From the NCBI GenBank assembly GCA_964432995.1, contig CAYSPU010000004.1, positions 1 to 51,737 of the forward strand: a stretch of DNA of 51,737 nucleotides, read 5' to 3'. Position numbers and translations under genes: made by a program. Position 1 is the first letter of the stretch, and each line of letters starts with the position of its first letter. The stretch comes from an uncultured Verrucomicrobiota bacterium. Lineage in GTDB: Bacteria; Verrucomicrobiota; Verrucomicrobiia; Limisphaerales; JAHDYP01. The notes below the pieces were generated by a model that saw only the letters and a program-made list of their open reading frames with translations, ran no database searches and was not told where the DNA came from. This document shows, one piece after another, positions 31,425-38,628 of the stretch.

Positions 31425-32228
31425 CTTGAACTCACATCCTCTCTGGTTGCGCTCGGCTCCGGCCCGCCCGTGCCAGCCGGCCCGGTCCTGAGCAGGTGGC
31501 AAAACCTACGGACTGCCATCCGGGGTGTCAACGCGCAAAAGTCGGCCGGGCAATGCACCGGTGAATCCGGAGGTTGTTGGTCACGAGTCCCCCTCGGTGG
31601 GCGGGGCAACACCGTTGCCCGCTCAGCGATGGGGAAACCGGTTCCGGGAGCGGCCAGACGGTGCTGTCCGCCCACCGACAACCTGGGATGCACCCAAAAG
31701 CCGGGCGGCTCGTGGAGCGGGTAGGTGATTACCCAGAGACAATCCGCCCAGGGAACCACCGCTACCGTGCCGTACTCGTTTCTCCCGTTGAACATCGCCA
31801 GATGCGGGTAGATGCCGGAGACACTCGGCACTGCCGTGAGCGCGGCGTTGGCGGCGAACGTGGACTGCAGCTGCGACCAGCTGAATCGGCGTCATTAGGT
31901 GCACGGTCTGCAGGAGCGACTGCTGAGAGCCGTGGTGTCTACTAGAATGGGATGGGGCACCTCCGGCCTGCTGTCGGGCGATCTTACAGTCTGGCAATGA
32001 ACCGGTAATGCCTTCGGTCTGAGCCGGTTACAGCCAATCTGAACTCCCTCATGGCCCTGCTTGTCAAGGCGCCTGACAAGGAGCACACCTCAGGGCGGTG
32101 CCCCTAATCTCTCAAATAGATCTGATAGACAAGCACTTATGCGCTCCGGGGATAATCGTGGCACCCATCATGCTAAACCGATGTCAAACCGGATACCCAT
32201 GCTCTAGCTTGGTTTCAGAAAGGAAGCT

Positions 32229-32828
32229 ATGCGAACGTACTCACGCAAGTCAATGGTTGTCAGATTCGGTGTGATCGCCGCTGCCTGCGCGGCGGTGATG
32301 AACTTGAATGCAACGCTGCTAATGCACTACACAGGGAGCGAGATCGCGGGTGAAAACTCCGTGAAGACGGGCGCCCTGGAAAACGCCCACCACATTGAGG
32401 CCACCGCCGAGTTCTCGAACGCCGGAGACTCAGGGCCGATGGCGATGAGCGCGAGGGTAGTCGACGCCGAGGGGAATGTACTGATGGAGGTCCAGAGTGT
32501 CGGTGAGATTGGCACACCTCTTTGGACAGGCACTTTTACGTGGGCTTCGGGACAGATCACTGAGTGGGCTTGGGTGATCAGCACGACTGGTCAGTACCCG
32601 GAAGACTACATCTCGTCGTCGAACAGCCCCGATTGGGCCGAGGACCAGGCGATCATAGGGCATGGAAAGCCCGGAGGTGACTGGCCATGGGATGGGTACG
32701 CGGATGTGATGCGCTCGCCCGGCGTGTGGGCTCCTGGGACTGCTGTGCCGGACGGTGGATGTGTACTCCTGCTATGCGGTTTCGCACTCGGGCTTCTTCG
32801 ATGCCTAGGCGGGGGCAGATCGCAATAG
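32229..32828 (+). CDS. VPDSG-CTERM sorting-domain protein (secreted, otherwise unknown)
   Basis: AAGGAAG Shine-Dalgarno-like sequence 5 nt upstream of the ATG. N-terminal signal-like segment. C-terminal VPDGGCVLLLCGFALGLLRCLGGGR matches the VPDSG-CTERM motif (motif, TM helix, basic tail). Lower GC than the surroundings. Confidence 0.75.
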   Translation: MRTYSRKSMVVRFGVIAAACAAVMNLNATLLMHYTGSEIAGENSVKTGALENAHHIEATAEFSNAGDSGPMAMSARVVDAEGNVLMEVQSVGEIGTPLWTGTFTWASGQITEWAWVISTTGQYPEDYISSSNSPDWAEDQAIIGHGKPGGDWPWDGYADVMRSPGVWAPGTAVPDGGCVLLLCGFALGLLRCLGGGRSQ

Positions 32829-32888
32829 CACAGCACGTTCCACTATCGTGGGTCAATTCTCGCCGGAGGATTCCTCAGGCGACGCGTG

Positions 32889-32973
32889 CCTTGTGCCCAT
32901 CATCTGTAGCCGCGGACGTGAGTCCGCGCTAACTCTCCGGCAGAGCGTCGCGCGCCGACTGATGTCGGCGGCC
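32889..32973 (+). repeat. REP-C extended unit (two hairpins: GCGGACgtgaGTCCGC and GCCGACtgatGTCGGC)
   Basis: An ~85-nt unit shared with 37942-38025, with scattered substitutions. Lies 61 nt after the VPDSG-CTERM gene stop. Confidence 0.8.
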
Positions 32974-32979
32974 TGTTGC

Positions 32980-33023
32980 TGCCTCCTTCCACGCGCGGGA
33001 CGCGCCTCCGGTGCTGGACACTG
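32980..33023 (+). repeat. REP-J repeat
   Basis: tgcctccttccacgcgcgggacgcgcctccggtgctggacactg. Confidence 0.75.
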
Positions 33024-33115
33024 GGGCTTCTTCGGAACATTCACGATGTCCGGGCTTGCCGTCGACGTTCCCGACGGTTGATCACCCGGCCTATTCCTGG
33101 TAGTACTTCACCACG

Positions 33116-34018
33116 ATGAACACTTCCCATGCATTTGGCACGACGGGCGGGATCCTCCTCCTCCTCCTGGGGGCGCAGGGGATCACCGGTAACCTCCACG
33201 CTCAGGCGGGCGGCAAGACGCCGCCCACGCTGTCTCCGGCGGTGCTCCAGCGGATCGAAGCCGCCGTTCCCTCCGCCGCCCGCGTCCAGCCGCGCCAGCC
33301 GCGGCGGGTATTGGTCTTTTGGCGGTGTGAAGGCTTCTTTCACGGCGAGGGCATTGCAGGGGGCAACCGGGCGCTCGAGCTGATGGGCCGCAAGACCGGC
33401 GCCTTTACGGCCGACTTCAGCGACGATTACCGCACTCTCCAGGCGGACAACCTGGCCAAGTACGACGCCCTCATCCTCAACAACACCACCCAGTTGAAGA
33501 TGCCGGACGATGCCACGAAACAGGCCGTGCTCGACTTCGTTCGCAAGGGCAAGGGCTTCGTCGGAATCCACGCGGCGACGGACTGTTTCTACGACTGGCC
33601 TGAGGCCGCCGCGATGGTCGGGGGCCTGTTCGACGGCCATCCGTGGAACGCGGGCGGCACCTGGGCGTTCAAGATCGACGAGCCCACCCACACCCTGAAC
33701 CAGGCCTGGGAGGGCAAAGGCTTCAAGCTCCGGGACGAAATCTACCAGTTCAAAGCGCCCTACACCCGGGCCGACCGCCGCGTGTTGGTCAGCCTGGACC
33801 TGTCCGACCCGACCACGGGCGGCATCAAGAATGGAGTGAAACGAACGGATGGCGACTTTGCCGTGGCCTGGATCAAGAAGTTCGGTCAGGGACGAGTCTT
33901 CTACTGCAGCCTCGGGCATGCGGAGAACGTGTTTGAGGACCGCGCCGTCCTGCGGTTCTATCTGGACGGAATTCAGTACGCGCTGGGCGACCTCGAAGCG
34001 GACGCGAGCCCGCGATGA
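33116..34018 (+). CDS. ThuA-domain protein (trehalose-utilisation-like), secreted
   Basis: Signal peptide, then RVLVFWRCEGFFHGEG, KYDALILNNTT, GKGFVGIHAATD, GRVFYCSLGH. Confidence 0.8.
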   Translation: MNTSHAFGTTGGILLLLLGAQGITGNLHAQAGGKTPPTLSPAVLQRIEAAVPSAARVQPRQPRRVLVFWRCEGFFHGEGIAGGNRALELMGRKTGAFTADFSDDYRTLQADNLAKYDALILNNTTQLKMPDDATKQAVLDFVRKGKGFVGIHAATDCFYDWPEAAAMVGGLFDGHPWNAGGTWAFKIDEPTHTLNQAWEGKGFKLRDEIYQFKAPYTRADRRVLVSLDLSDPTTGGIKNGVKRTDGDFAVAWIKKFGQGRVFYCSLGHAENVFEDRAVLRFYLDGIQYALGDLEADASPR

Positions 34019-34062
34019 GTGTGAAGCGCGTCTTCCCATGAACCATCACCGGGACTTTTCAT

Positions 34063-34421
34063 GAATCCCCCTACCCATTCCGGGGTACCACTTCGCATGA
34101 AAGGTAGGGCGACCTCTCCGAGGGCGCCGGAGGCCGGCACGTCGGTGAATCGGCCCGCCGGCTCGTCAGCCGTCGTTCCGTCGTTCGGACCCGCCGCAGC
34201 TCCGGCAGTAGCGAGACCTGCTCGCGAGACCTGCTCGGAGCCTGCTCGCGAGTCCTCCTCGGAGCCTGCTCGCGAGTCCTCCTCGGAGTCGCGCCTTACC
34301 AGTTTTCGGGGTAACCGTAGCGCCGACATTCCTGTCGGCGTCATGCCGGCTGGAAAGCCGGCGCTACGCAGTTCATGGACCCAAAAGCGCATCGGACGGT
34401 TGGCTGTGGCGGCTTTCCATG
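34063..34421 (+). repeat. left copy of a long inverted repeat (mosaic of REP-A, REP-B and other modules)
   Basis: Aligns end to end with the reverse complement of 38035-38344. The left copy carries an extra 48 nt of 24-bp tandem expansion. Confidence 0.9.
34241..34288 (+). repeat. perfect 24-bp tandem duplication (cctgctcgcgagtcctcctcggag x2), preceded by partial units from 34217
   Basis: Read directly. The right inverted-repeat copy carries a single unit. Confidence 0.9.
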
Positions 34422-34442
34422 CCTCTTACCCTCTCACCCTGT

Positions 34443-34469
34443 CCCTCTCCCCCTCGGAGGGGGAGGGGG
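34443..34469. repeat. CCCTCTCCCCC-loop-GGGGGAGGGGG hairpin
   Basis: ccctctccccctcggagggggaggggg. Confidence 0.7.
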
Positions 34470-34584
34470 TAGGCCGCGGGCGCGGGGGATTCACCCTGGA
34501 TCACGGTCTCCGTGCGCCGCTGAGTTACTGACTATGTCCGCCCGCCAGGTTCTTGCCCGGTAGCCAGGCACCCATGCAATCCCT

Positions 34585-35544
34585 ATGAACGTACTGTCCG
34601 GTCATCCCACCCTCCTGTTGTTCATCTATTGTCTTCTGGCGCTGCTGGCGGCACTGACCGGAGGGGCCTTGCCCAACGTGGTCCGTCTGACACACACCCG
34701 GCTGCAAGCCGCCGTCAGCTTCGTTGCCGGTCTGATGCTCGGGCTGGCCTTTCTGGGCCTCCTGCCGCACGCCGCCGAGGAACTGGGCTCGGTTCAGAAA
34801 GGCGCTGCCTGGTTGCTGGTGGGCTTCCTCGCCATGTTCCTCCTCCAGCGCTTCCTGCCCTTCCACCATCACGACGTCGCCGAAGGCAGCCCGGTGGAGC
34901 CGTGTGGGCATACGCACTCGCTGGCGGAACGTTCGGCGCGCAATCTGACCTGGGTGGGCGTGGCGCTCGGCTTGTCGCTGCATTCGATCTTCGACGGCTT
35001 GGCCATGGCCGCAGCGGTGGCGTCGGGCGTGCATGGGCACGGCGGAGCGCTTGGTTTGGGCACGGCTTTGGCGGTGATTCTCCACAAGCCATTTGGCGCG
35101 CTGGCCATCACCACGCTGATGGCGGCCAGTGGCGCGGAGCGGACTTCCAGGCACCTGATGAACTTCGCCTTCGCGTTGATCACCCCCTTGGGGGCGTTGC
35201 TGTTCTATCTGGGCGCCGGATCCTGGGCGCACGCGCACCCGGAATGGCTGGGCGGGGCGCTGGCGTTTTGCGCGGGGACATTCCTGTGCATCGCCTGTGC
35301 CGGTCTGCTGCCGGAGCTGCAGTTCCACAGCCATGACCGGGTCAAGCTCTCACTGGCGCTCCTGGCCGGCCTGGCCGTCGCCATCGCCATCGCTCGATTC
35401 GGCCATCCGGATCATGCCCACGAGCACCCGGCACACGAAGCACATCGTCGTTCTCCGGAGAACTCCGAACGCTGCGGTGCGCCGACAACCCAACTTGCTG
35501 ACCTGCCGACGTTCGAGCTGAGCGCGCGGCCGTTGCGGGCATGA
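34585..35544 (+). CDS. ZIP-family divalent metal transporter with His-rich C-terminal tail
   Basis: Polytopic. His-rich loop FHHHDVAEGSPVEPCGHTHS, SLHSIFDGLAMAAA (ZIP TM4-like H..DG motif), C-terminal GHPDHAHEHPAHEAH. Confidence 0.75.
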   Translation: MNVLSGHPTLLLFIYCLLALLAALTGGALPNVVRLTHTRLQAAVSFVAGLMLGLAFLGLLPHAAEELGSVQKGAAWLLVGFLAMFLLQRFLPFHHHDVAEGSPVEPCGHTHSLAERSARNLTWVGVALGLSLHSIFDGLAMAAAVASGVHGHGGALGLGTALAVILHKPFGALAITTLMAASGAERTSRHLMNFAFALITPLGALLFYLGAGSWAHAHPEWLGGALAFCAGTFLCIACAGLLPELQFHSHDRVKLSLALLAGLAVAIAIARFGHPDHAHEHPAHEAHRRSPENSERCGAPTTQLADLPTFELSARPLRA

Positions 35545-35897
35545 TCGGCTGGCGTCGACCGGGAAGGTCGCGTGAATTGTCCGGGTGGGGACACGGCCTG
35601 GCGATCCTTCTGCTGGCGGTCGGCGTGGTCTGGATGCTGGCGGACGCCCGTGCCCGCCGGCAGGCGCAATCGGACCGCAGCCCGCAGGTTCAGTCGGCTG
35701 TTCGCCTGCTGGGCGCGGCCGATCTGGCTCTGTCCAGTTCTTCGCGCTGGCTGCGGCATCCGTCGGTAACCGAGCCGGGGGCGCCGTTTGCCGACGGTCC
35801 CGCGATTCTCGATCACGATCCGGCTGGGGCGGCGATCGGGCCGCCGCTGGAAACGCCCACGAACACCCACAGGGGCAGTGCGCGTCGACAGCCATGA
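35541..35897 (+). CDS. hypothetical 118-aa single-pass membrane protein, translationally coupled on both sides
   Basis: Its ATG 35541 overlaps the ZIP stop (ATGA), and its TGA 35895-35897 overlaps the permease ATG 35894 (ATGA). One TM segment (GLAILLLAVGVVWMLA) followed by a non-repetitive tail. Confidence 0.55.
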   Translation: MIGWRRPGRSRELSGWGHGLAILLLAVGVVWMLADARARRQAQSDRSPQVQSAVRLLGAADLALSSSSRWLRHPSVTEPGAPFADGPAILDHDPAGAAIGPPLETPTNTHRGSARRQP

Positions 35898-37078
35898 GAC
35901 GACAGCTTGCACTGATGCGTTTCGCGTTGGGCAGCGCCCGGCGACGGGCATGGCGCAGCTTGACCCTGGCCGGGGCATTGGCCTTGATCACGGTTGCCTT
36001 CTCGTCGGTGCTGTTCCTCACGGAGGCGCTGCGACGCGAGTATCGCCTGGCGGCGGCGGCGCTGCCTGATTTGACGGTCCAGCAGTTGGCGGCCGGCCGG
36101 CCGGCCCTGATCCCCGAACGGGAGGCGATCCCGATGGCATCGATCGCCGGGGTCGTCGCGGTCGAACCCCGCGTCTGGGGCTACTTTTTCGTGCCGGCGA
36201 TGTCCGGCAACTTCACCGTCGTCGGCGTGGACACCGACCTGGCCTCGGTGCAGCGCGATTTGTCGCTGGTCATCGACCGGGGCAGACTCCCGCGGTCCGG
36301 CCCGTCCGGCGAGGTGGTGCTGGGCGAGGCGCTGGCTGTCTTCCTGGGGCTGGAAATCGGGGATGCGGTAACGATCCCGGTCGGGCGGTCGAAGCAACGC
36401 CTCGAGTTGGTCGGCGTCTTCCGGTCCCAGGTGGCCTTGTGGACGGCCGACGTCATTCTGATGAGCGTGGCCGACGCCCGCGAGTTCCTGCAGGTGCCGC
36501 CGGGCTACGCGACGGACATCGCGGTGCGCCTGAGCACGCCCGACGAAGCGGTCGTTGCCGCGCGCAAGATCGGGGAGTTGATGCCGGGCGCGCGCATTGT
36601 CGATCGCCAGTTGATGAGGCGGACGTATGATCTGACGTTCGACACGCGGGGGGGGATGCTGGGCGCCATGTTGCTGCCGGCGCTGGTGGCGTTTCTGATC
36701 CTGGCGTGGGATCGGCTGACGGGGGTGGGGCCGGGGGAACGCCGCGAGATCGGCGCGCTCAAGGCGATGGGTTGGAGAACCGGCGATGTGCTGGTCGCGC
36801 GTTTCTGGGAGAACGCCGTCATCGCGGTCTACGGCGCGGTGCCGGGCATCGTGGCGGCCTATGCTTACGTCTTCGGCGCGCGGGCGCCGGGGCTGGCGGA
36901 GGTGTTGCTCGGGTGGAGTTCGATGTACCCGGCGTTGCGCCTGGCCCCGGCGGTGGACGCGGCGCAGGTGTTGGTGTTGGTGTGCCTGGTGGGGATTCCG
37001 TTTGTCGCGGCCAGCCTGGTGCCGGCCTGGCGGACGGCGACTCGCGATCCGCATGGACTCTTGCGAGGCGTGACATGA
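35894..37078 (+). CDS. ABC transporter permease, FtsX/MacB type
   Basis: ATG 35894 within ORF 35585..37078. TM1, a ~200-aa periplasmic domain, then three C-terminal TM segments (GAMLLPALVAFLILAW..., REIGALKAMGWRTGDV). Confidence 0.8.
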   Translation: MRRQLALMRFALGSARRRAWRSLTLAGALALITVAFSSVLFLTEALRREYRLAAAALPDLTVQQLAAGRPALIPEREAIPMASIAGVVAVEPRVWGYFFVPAMSGNFTVVGVDTDLASVQRDLSLVIDRGRLPRSGPSGEVVLGEALAVFLGLEIGDAVTIPVGRSKQRLELVGVFRSQVALWTADVILMSVADAREFLQVPPGYATDIAVRLSTPDEAVVAARKIGELMPGARIVDRQLMRRTYDLTFDTRGGMLGAMLLPALVAFLILAWDRLTGVGPGERREIGALKAMGWRTGDVLVARFWENAVIAVYGAVPGIVAAYAYVFGARAPGLAEVLLGWSSMYPALRLAPAVDAAQVLVLVCLVGIPFVAASLVPAWRTATRDPHGLLRGVT

Positions 37079-37785
37079 AGCCCGGCAATCCGATCATGGT
37101 GCGGGCGATCGGCCTGACCAAACGCTACGTCTCCGGGCCCTCGGAAAAGACGGCGTTGCGCGATGTCCGTCTCGCCATCCCGGCGGGGCAGTTCTGGATT
37201 GTGAGCGGCCCGAGCGGTTCCGGGAAGACCACGTTGCTGGGGTTGTTGGCCGGGATGATCGCCCCCACCGCCGGCGAGGTGCATCTCGACGGCCGGTCCA
37301 TCACCCATCTGCGCGACCATCATCGAGCGCTGGTGCGCCGCGACCTGGTGGGCATGGTGTTCCAGGAGTCCGCCCTGATCGCCGGCATGAGCCTCGAGGA
37401 GAACGTCTTTCTCCCATGCGTGCCCAAGGGGGGCCCGAGCGAATCCGAACGCCAACGGGCCCGGGCGCTGCTGGAGCATTTCGGCCTGACCGGGTTCGCC
37501 CGAACCAGAGTCGAGCGGTTGTCCGCCGGGGAACAGCAACGGGGGGCGCTGATCCGGGCGCTGGTGGCCGACGCGCCGATCCTCATGCTGGACGAACCAA
37601 CCGCGGCCTTGGACATCGGGAACGTGCGCCTCCTGTTGGAGGTCCTGCTCGAGTTGCGAGGGGAGGGGCGCACCCTGCTGGCGACCACGCACGACCGCCG
37701 ATTGGCCGAGGATCCGCGCGTGGATGGAGTGCTGCGGCTCGAGGACGGAGAACTGATAGGACAGCAGAGTCAAGGTGAACGATAA
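37075..37785 (+). CDS. ABC transporter ATP-binding protein (LolD/MacB-ATPase-like)
   Basis: ATG 37075 overlaps the permease stop (ATGA). Walker A GPSGSGKTT, signature LSAGEQQR, Walker B ILMLDEPTAALD. Confidence 0.9.
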   Translation: MKPGNPIMVRAIGLTKRYVSGPSEKTALRDVRLAIPAGQFWIVSGPSGSGKTTLLGLLAGMIAPTAGEVHLDGRSITHLRDHHRALVRRDLVGMVFQESALIAGMSLEENVFLPCVPKGGPSESERQRARALLEHFGLTGFARTRVERLSAGEQQRGALIRALVADAPILMLDEPTAALDIGNVRLLLEVLLELRGEGRTLLATTHDRRLAEDPRVDGVLRLEDGELIGQQSQGER

Positions 37786-37788
37786 CCC

Positions 37789-37866
37789 TCAACGCTCAAC
37801 GTCCAACATCCAACGTTCAACGTCCAAGGCCGAAATGTCCGGTTGCTCGACGTTGGACGTTGGAGA
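37789..37866. repeat. CAACGTCCAAC-type hairpin module
   Basis: caacgctcaacgtccaacatccaacgttcaacgtccaag ... ctcgacgttggacgttggag. Lies directly after the ABC ATPase stop. Confidence 0.7.
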
Positions 37867-38039
37867 CCATGAACCTGGGCTTCAAGCTCCGAGCTCCAAG
37901 CTTCGGTTGGTGGAGCGCCGCGTTTCCACAGAGACAGAATGCCTTGTGCCCGTGATCCGTAGTCGCGGACGTGAGTCCGCGCTGACTCACCGGCACAGAG
38001 TCAGGCGCCGACTCACGTCGGCGGCTACGAGGTTCATGG
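37867..38039. repeat. MITE-like module with perfect 9-bp termini CCATGAACC / GGTTCATGG
   Basis: Termini at 37867-37875 and 38031-38039. The interior carries a ccgagctccaagc module and the REP-C unit (37942-38025), also seen at 32889-32973. Confidence 0.75.
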
Positions 38040-38344
38040 GAAGCCGCCACATCCAACCGCCCGATGCGCTTTGGGTCCATGATCTGCGTAGCGCCGGCTT
38101 TCCAGCCGGCATGACGCCGACAGGAATGCCGGCGCTAGGGCTACCCGGAAAACCGGTATGGCGCGACTCCGAGGAGGACTCGCGAGCAGGTCTCGCTACT
38201 GCCGGAGCTGCGGCGGGTCCGAACGACGGAACGACGGCTGACGAGCCGGCGGGCCGATTCACCGACGTGCCGGCCTCCGGCGCCCTCGGAGAGGTCGCCC
38301 TACCTTTCATGCGAAGTGGTAACCCGGAATGGGTAGGGGGATTC
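38035..38344 (-). repeat. right copy of the long inverted repeat
   Basis: Reverse complement of 34063-34421. By hand alignment there is about one difference in the first ~170 nt and about ten substitutions plus a 1-nt indel in the rest. Confidence 0.9.
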
Positions 38345-38439
38345 TTGGAGAGAAGCGACGCCGACTCGCCGACTTGCCGACCTCCGACGCGCCGATTCAT
38401 GGAGAGGCCGGACCTCCAAAGTTTGGACGCGCGTTGGGG

Positions 38440-38576
38440 CCATGAACCGGAACGAACATCGAACGCTGAACGTCGAACATCGAACGTCGAACGTCCTTTT
38501 CGTTCAACGTTGGACGTTGGAAGTTCGACGTTCGACGTTTCGTTCATTATCAGCAACTTGCGCGAACGGTTCATGG
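38440..38576. repeat. MITE-like module with perfect 9-bp termini CCATGAACC / GGTTCATGG and a long internal GAACGTCGAAC-type hairpin
   Basis: Termini at 38440-38448 and 38568-38576. The internal arms gaacgaacatcgaacg...cgaacgtcc / cgttcaacgttgg...cgacgtttcgttc flank a tttt loop. Confidence 0.8.
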
Positions 38577-38628
38577 AAAGGGTGCAGCATTCGCCCGGCC
38601 GGGAGCAGCTCCCCACCGTGGCGGCGGC

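Noticed and set aside
31421-31831. 136-aa minus-strand ORF as an intact gene (its stop overlaps the rpsU GTG as GTGA).
   Set aside because: Only the first ~45 residues look protein-like. The rest is Arg/Pro-rich and covers the probable rpsU leader. I treat it as a gene remnant (see the low-GC islet finding).
31954-32104. Candidate structured ncRNA (8-bp closing helix plus two internal hairpins).
   Set aside because: I recognise no conserved family motifs (SRP, 6S, RNase P, tmRNA or riboswitch cores). The pairing beyond the 8-bp helix is weak, and the strand is undetermined. It is kept only as a note within the islet finding.
32126-32156. Possible promoter TAGACA-N19-GATAAT upstream of the VPDSG-CTERM gene.
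   Set aside because: The 19-nt spacer and imperfect -35 make it too weak to list as a feature. It is only a motif coincidence until a transcription start site is mapped.
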